From an uncultured archaeon (GTDB lineage Archaea > Asgardarchaeota > Lokiarchaeia > Sigyniarchaeales > SOKP01): DNA of 64,000 nucleotides. The first letter of the stretch is position 1; every line of letters starts with the position of its first letter. Shown one piece after another: positions 59,229 to 64,000 of the stretch. The stretch lies in contig CAZWEM010000016.1 of NCBI GenBank assembly GCA_964632315.1, positions 1-64,000 on the forward strand, read 5' to 3'. Made by a program: the position numbers and the translations under genes. The notes beneath the pieces are model-generated. The model saw nothing but the letters and a program-made list of their open reading frames with translations, was not told the origin of the DNA and did no database searches.

Positions 59229-59828
59229 TTATAATTTTTGTTCATCACTAATACATGGATGAGATCGCATATCAGTATGAGGATATGCGGAATTGAATTT
59301 ATTTTTCCCATTTTCATGCAACTCTTTGAACTGCTCACCTATTGCATACATCCAGTCGGCGATTTTAACATTTAACGGAGAATCATACGAGGGTAGATGG
59401 GGTTTGATATCTAATACCGGTGATCCGTTTATTGCATCTAATCCTTCAACGATAAGAATATTTTCTTTGCATTCGAGAAGTCTTACTGAGCTAAGTGCGA
59501 GTGGATTTGGTCTAACAGGAGATCTCGTAGCAAATACTCCCTTTATAGGCATTGATTTGAGTCCCGCTGGGTGTACTTTCTTAATACTTCGGGCATGGAC
59601 CGGTGTTTTATGTGTCCAATATATTATCATCAGATGGGAAAAATCTTCGATTCCATCCAAGCATTCCAGATATTCATCATATATGATAATCTCAGAGGTA
59701 TCAAATGTATGTCTGGATGATTTAATTCTTTTAGGATCCAACTCAATATCATTATTAGCATATTTGAGTATTTCAGTATCTACTTTATTTTTTACTATTC
59801 CTATTGGTCTAATGATACATTCTTTCAT
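59229..59828 (-). CDS. tsaA: TsaA/TrmO family tRNA methyltransferase
   Basis: IRPIGIV, LDGIEDFSH, GVFATRSPVRPNP, GLDAINGSPVLDIKP. Confidence 0.9.
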   Translation of the reverse strand: MKECIIRPIGIVKNKVDTEILKYANNDIELDPKRIKSSRHTFDTSEIIIYDEYLECLDGIEDFSHLMIIYWTHKTPVHARSIKKVHPAGLKSMPIKGVFATRSPVRPNPLALSSVRLLECKENILIVEGLDAINGSPVLDIKPHLPSYDSPLNVKIADWMYAIGEQFKELHENGKNKFNSAYPHTDMRSHPCISDEQKL

Positions 59829-59885
59829 ATTTATTTCACCAATTTTTTTAATTGACTTAAATTATTTTTTTAGAAGAAAAATTTT

Positions 59886-60659
59886 TCAAATTTCTGTTGA
59901 TGGTTGAATTGGGATAATAAATTTCATTCCCTCTTTTTCAAGCACTTCCACTTTTACTCCATAGACGGTCTCAATATTTTCCTTACTTATAATCTCTTGT
60001 CCTCCACTAGCAAATACTTGACCTTGATTGAGTATTATAAATTTATCACAATATCTTAGCGCAAGGTTGAGATCATGAATAGCAATAATAATAGATACTC
60101 CATTTTCCTTGGTCTCCAATAATAAATCCAATACCTCAAGTTGATGCTTTAGATCGAGATTTGCGGTAGGTTCATCTAAAAGTAGAATTTTTGGTGTTTG
60201 GACTAAAGCTCGTGCAATAGACACCTTCTGGCGCTCTCCACCACTAAGTTGGTTGATATCTCGTAAAGCAAAATCTCCTAAACTCAGTTTTTCAATCATA
60301 TGTGCCACAATTTCTTTATCTTCTTTTGTCTCCATCCATTTAATGTGTGGTTTTCTTCCCATAAGTATGAATTCAAAAACAGTGGTGCTAAAAACGTTAT
60401 TATCATTTTGTGGAACATAACCTATCAATTTAGCAATTTCTTCTCTGCTTAAATCTTTTTGATTCTGATTCTGAATAAAAATAGTTCCATTTTTTGGATG
60501 TAGTATTTTATCTATATTCCTTAGTAATGTGCTTTTTCCAGAGCCATTTGGTCCCACAATTCCCAAAAATTCGCCTTCTTCCAACCCAAAACTGATATCA
60601 ATCAGTACAGGAAGCTTGTTATAAGAAAAATTTACATTTTTAGCGCTAAGAATCACCAA
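59886..60659 (-). CDS. Cobalamin/iron-chelate ABC transporter ATPase
   Basis: GPNGSGKST, LSGGERQ, LLDEPT, HDLNLA. Confidence 0.9.
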   Translation of the reverse strand: MVILSAKNVNFSYNKLPVLIDISFGLEEGEFLGIVGPNGSGKSTLLRNIDKILHPKNGTIFIQNQNQKDLSREEIAKLIGYVPQNDNNVFSTTVFEFILMGRKPHIKWMETKEDKEIVAHMIEKLSLGDFALRDINQLSGGERQKVSIARALVQTPKILLLDEPTANLDLKHQLEVLDLLLETKENGVSIIIAIHDLNLALRYCDKFIILNQGQVFASGGQEIISKENIETVYGVKVEVLEKEGMKFIIPIQPSTEI

Positions 60660-61723
60660 AATCCCCTTTTTTCCTTTTTCAAGAGTAAATATAGAAACAT
60701 GGGAGCGCCCATAAATGATGTGAGTATTCCAATCGGCAATACAATAGGAGATATAATGGTGCGTGCGATTGTGTCTGCTATGAGTAAAAATGCTCCCCCA
60801 AATATGCTAGAAGCTGGGATCAGATATCTTTCATCTCCACCTATAATTCTGCGAACTATGTGGGGAACGACTAGCCCCACAAACGCAACTACGCCAAAAA
60901 ATGCAGTTACAACTGATACGATGAGGGATGCAACAAGCATCCCCGTAATTCTTAATCGTTCTGTATTAACCCCGAGGCTTTCTGCAGTTTCATCTCCTGA
61001 ATTTAGCGCATTATAATCCCAAGCATTTTTCACGAAATAGAGAAAAGCTGGGAAAATAATTACACATAAAATAAGAAAATTTTCCCAAGTAGAGCGACTA
61101 AAATCCCCAAATGTCCAAAAAATCACTGATGCTATCTGTACATCACTAGCGAAATACATTAAAGCTGTTGTCAATGCACTAAATAATGAACCTAAAATAA
61201 CTCCTGTAAGGATCATAGTTTCAGGTTTTGCACCTTTAAATTTAATTAAAAGTAACATTACACTGGTGCTTAGAAGCGAAGATAAGAATGCAAAAATAGT
61301 CACCGAATAGGGATTATTAATCAATACGGCGTCACCCGAAAGGCTTTGAATGCTTCCAGCACCAAGTATAATAACTGCAAAAGCTACTCCAAATACTGCA
61401 GCTTGTGATATTCCCAAAGTAAAAGGAGATCCAATTGGGTTTCGCAGGATACTTTGCATGCTCACTCCTGCTAATGATAATGCTACACCTGCCAATAGTG
61501 CTGAAAGCACCCTGGGCATTCTTATTCTCCAGATGATTATGCCTTGTAATTCATCTCCTCCTCCGAAAAATACTTTAATCACGTCAAGGAAGGAAATTTC
61601 AAAAGGTCCAAAACTGATTCCTACAAATATAAATATAATGGAAAAAAAAAGACTCAGGATTATAAAATATATCCTTCGTTTATTATAATTCTTATATTCT
61701 TTCAGGATGATTTCTGACTTCAT
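60653..61723 (-). CDS. FecCD/BtuC family permease
   Basis: IRMPR, RNPIGSPFTLGIS, GDETAESLG, FVGLVVPHI. Confidence 0.92.
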   Translation of the reverse strand: MKSEIILKEYKNYNKRRIYFIILSLFFSIIFIFVGISFGPFEISFLDVIKVFFGGGDELQGIIIWRIRMPRVLSALLAGVALSLAGVSMQSILRNPIGSPFTLGISQAAVFGVAFAVIILGAGSIQSLSGDAVLINNPYSVTIFAFLSSLLSTSVMLLLIKFKGAKPETMILTGVILGSLFSALTTALMYFASDVQIASVIFWTFGDFSRSTWENFLILCVIIFPAFLYFVKNAWDYNALNSGDETAESLGVNTERLRITGMLVASLIVSVVTAFFGVVAFVGLVVPHIVRRIIGGDERYLIPASSIFGGAFLLIADTIARTIISPIVLPIGILTSFMGAPMFLYLLLKKEKRGFW

Positions 61724-61753
61724 ATCTCTCCCAGATCAAACGTTTATCAGATA

Positions 61754-62923
61754 TTAAGGTGAGCCATATTCATCTATTTCCATTCGAGTAATGTTATGAA
61801 AACCTCCATAGAAGTCGGTTTCCATATATGCGTATACTCCTTTACCAACAAATTTTTCATAAATTTCGTCATATACTCTGCCATTAGTATAATTTAAATC
61901 ATTAAATTCTTCAGGAAAGAACTGCTTTCCTAAATAGTAAGCATCAGCAAAAACAGTACCAAGATTGGTTGTATAATAGTTGTAGGGAAGTGTCATAATT
62001 GCGCGCGGGGGATTGGCTTGTATGCAATTTAAGAGACCTGCACCCCCTGCTGATTTATTTTGTAGATCTTGCAAGCATAACCCATATCCACCTGCATCAA
62101 CTATGATATAATCTAATTGGTTTTGAGATTCCCATTGGAATAATTGTTCCGTATTTATAAAAACATGTCCAGTACATCCTTCAATTAGGCTGGCAGTATT
62201 ATTTCCATTGATGTATTTTAAGGGCTCATATTGACAATCGGTTGATGCAATTCCATGGACTCCTTGGTGTCCAATCCCTCCCACGTAAATCCATTCCTTT
62301 TCTCCAGGTGGAATGTCCTCAGTCCTATTACATAAATCAATTATTAATTGATTGATGTAATTTTTTAATTCTACGGCTCGATCTTGCTCATCTAAGATAT
62401 TTCCAAGAAGATCTAAGGAGTCGAAGAAGTAATCCAGCTGTAAATCTCCGAAATAATCCCCATAGCCTAATGCTACCACGGGAACTCCCGTTTGTGCTTG
62501 CAAAGTATTAGCCTCTTCAATGGTTCCATAAGTTATAAAAATCACGTCAGGATTTTGCCCAAGAATGAGTTCTGCATCTCCTCCAAATTGCGGACCGATG
62601 CTAGGCAGATTTGAGAGTTCGGGGTGTGCATACAGATAAGGCCTACCGATTGAACTTTGACTTAATCTCTCTATATCCTCTACTCCACAGACAAGAGCCT
62701 CTGCACCTATATAGACTAATAATCTTAAACAACCAGGATTTACTCCTACTATTCTATCAATGTTGGCCGCGTGAGGAACCTTAATTTCTCTTCCCAAGAA
62801 ATCGGTTATTGTTCTATCTCCTTCAAATGTATTTAAATAATAGTTAAAAATCGCTATGCCTGATAGAGTTCCAGCTAATGCAACTATAATAACAATACTT
62901 CCAATAATTTTTTTATTTAGCAT
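61754..62923 (-). CDS. Cobalamin/iron-chelate ABC substrate-binding protein
   Basis: N-terminal membrane anchor, TITDFLGREI, LPSIG, ELILGQNPDVI. Confidence 0.88.
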   Translation of the reverse strand: MLNKKIIGSIVIIVALAGTLSGIAIFNYYLNTFEGDRTITDFLGREIKVPHAANIDRIVGVNPGCLRLLVYIGAEALVCGVEDIERLSQSSIGRPYLYAHPELSNLPSIGPQFGGDAELILGQNPDVIFITYGTIEEANTLQAQTGVPVVALGYGDYFGDLQLDYFFDSLDLLGNILDEQDRAVELKNYINQLIIDLCNRTEDIPPGEKEWIYVGGIGHQGVHGIASTDCQYEPLKYINGNNTASLIEGCTGHVFINTEQLFQWESQNQLDYIIVDAGGYGLCLQDLQNKSAGGAGLLNCIQANPPRAIMTLPYNYYTTNLGTVFADAYYLGKQFFPEEFNDLNYTNGRVYDEIYEKFVGKGVYAYMETDFYGGFHNITRMEIDEYGSP

Positions 62924-63235
62924 GGGAATAAATCAATTTTAGCCTTTTCATAATAAATTATAAAAAAGTATGAAGTTTTATTAAAGTAACGCTTTTTTTT
63001 AACTACTGAAGATTAGATTCAAACTGCTATAAAAGTCTGATTTACTTAGATATTTATTTAACTATATTCAAGAGTTAGTTGAAAATCTTTACATTAAAGA
63101 GTAACGGCATTGATCAAGTTGGGATCCTTTTTAGATAGAATGTAAATTCAATCTATGTACTTTATTAAAATTTTTAAAATTAAATAAATTTCTACTTTTA
63201 TTCATTCTATATAAAACTATAATTAAGAAATTAAT

Positions 63236-63739
63236 ATGAATGAAAATATAGAATTATCTCAAGAAGAATTACTGGAGTTAATGAGATATTCATTTCTCCG
63301 GTTAGATGGTGCGTGGTTTATAGCTTCGGTAGAAAAACTGGGTTTAGAGACTGCGACAGAGTTAGATATAAAAGCCTGGGAAATATTTTCTGAAAGGTTA
63401 GGAAAGAAAATTGCTTCAATAACAAATTTGGAGGGCAATCTTTCTCAAACATTACCAAAACTAATGAAGATCCAACATACACTCATGAATATGAACTCAG
63501 AATTCGTCGTTATTAATAAGAATAAAATGATTCATAGAGTTTTAGAATGTGAAGTTTGGAGAATGGTACAGAAAGTATGGGCTCAGGAAGAAATTCCGTG
63601 TCACAAGGTCACACTAGCAAGTATTAAGGGTTTATTAAAGGGGGCTTTTCCCGAGAAAGAATTTGTTTTAAACTTTAAGAAGAAAATTCCTTTAGGAGAT
63701 CCTTACTGCGAGATTGAAATTTCAGTTATAAATTCATAA
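63236..63739 (+). CDS. DUF6125 / V4R-like small-molecule-binding protein
   Basis: LDGAWF, ECEVW, IPCH and GDPYCEI cysteine pattern. Confidence 0.65.
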   Translation: MNENIELSQEELLELMRYSFLRLDGAWFIASVEKLGLETATELDIKAWEIFSERLGKKIASITNLEGNLSQTLPKLMKIQHTLMNMNSEFVVINKNKMIHRVLECEVWRMVQKVWAQEEIPCHKVTLASIKGLLKGAFPEKEFVLNFKKKIPLGDPYCEIEISVINS

Positions 63740-63768
63740 ATTGTAGGGGCATAACGAACTAGTTAATA

Positions 63769-63999
63769 TTAAAGAAAAAGATATGGAATTATTGAAAAAC
63801 CTGTCCAGAATAATGGAATTAGGTTTAAAATAAGATGAGGGATGAAAGTGTAGGTCATCTGATTACTTTTTCTCCAAACAACCAGATGTAAAAATCCAGA
63901 TAATATCGTCAGAAAAATAAAAATAATACCGAAGATCGTTTTTGAATCTACTACATTAAGGAAATTTACCCAAAACATTACGTGAATTAACCCTACAAA
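63769..63999 (-). CDS. C-terminal part of a CPBP-like membrane protein (runs off the window)
   Basis: The frame is open to the window edge; FVGLIH and PHLILN motifs. Confidence 0.55.
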   Translation of the reverse strand, partial: FVGLIHVMFWVNFLNVVDSKTIFGIIFIFLTILSGFLHLVVWRKSNQMTYTFIPHLILNLIPLFWTGFSIIPYLFL

Positions 64000-64000
64000 T

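Noticed and set aside
176-61688. Antisense or overlapping ORFs in the track (e.g. 176-550, 3697-4044, 16304-16765, 32982-33497, 59293-59907, 60699-61016)
   Set aside because: They are shadows of well-supported genes on the opposite strand or frame and carry no motifs of their own.
1-64000. CRISPR arrays, tRNA/rRNA genes, transposases, integrases
   Set aside because: None recognised by eye. A tRNAscan/Infernal run would be needed to exclude divergent RNAs.

Overview
AT-rich archaeal chromosome segment, most likely an Asgard archaeon of Lokiarchaeia type. This is inferred from eS26, tfb-gar1, trmY, arcS-RaSEA, cdhE, two Roadblock/LC7 proteins, a SNAP-like TPR protein, SIR2-TPR and tandem Lrp/AsnC regulators. 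The window carries oxidative-stress and sulfur genes (rubredoxin, fprA, rubrerythrin, a CoA-disulfide reductase-rhodanese-TusA fusion, tusA-iscS-iscU), acyl-CoA metabolism, transporters, tRNA-processing and modification genes, and a small island inserted at the 3' end of ahcY. Top finding: a rubredoxin gene absent from the ORF track (about 2980-3152) is split inside its second CxxC motif by a 32-nt insert (3079-3110). The insert folds into a canonical bulge-helix-bulge. Cleavage at the standard EndA positions restores CPV|CG in frame, so this is a candidate tRNA-type intron in an Asgard mRNA, and it lies behind a perfect 11-2-11 inverted repeat. Other findings: repeated ATT/ATA initiation (tfb, rps26e and others), an Lrp/AsnC regulator with an embedded TBP repeat, IscU fused to a degenerate TrxB domain, a ubiquitin-like protein ending GG-I, a 40-aa secreted-type peptide beside a giant multi-HTH protein, and several structured intergenic RNA candidates. 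All calls come from reading the sequence by eye; no searches were run.
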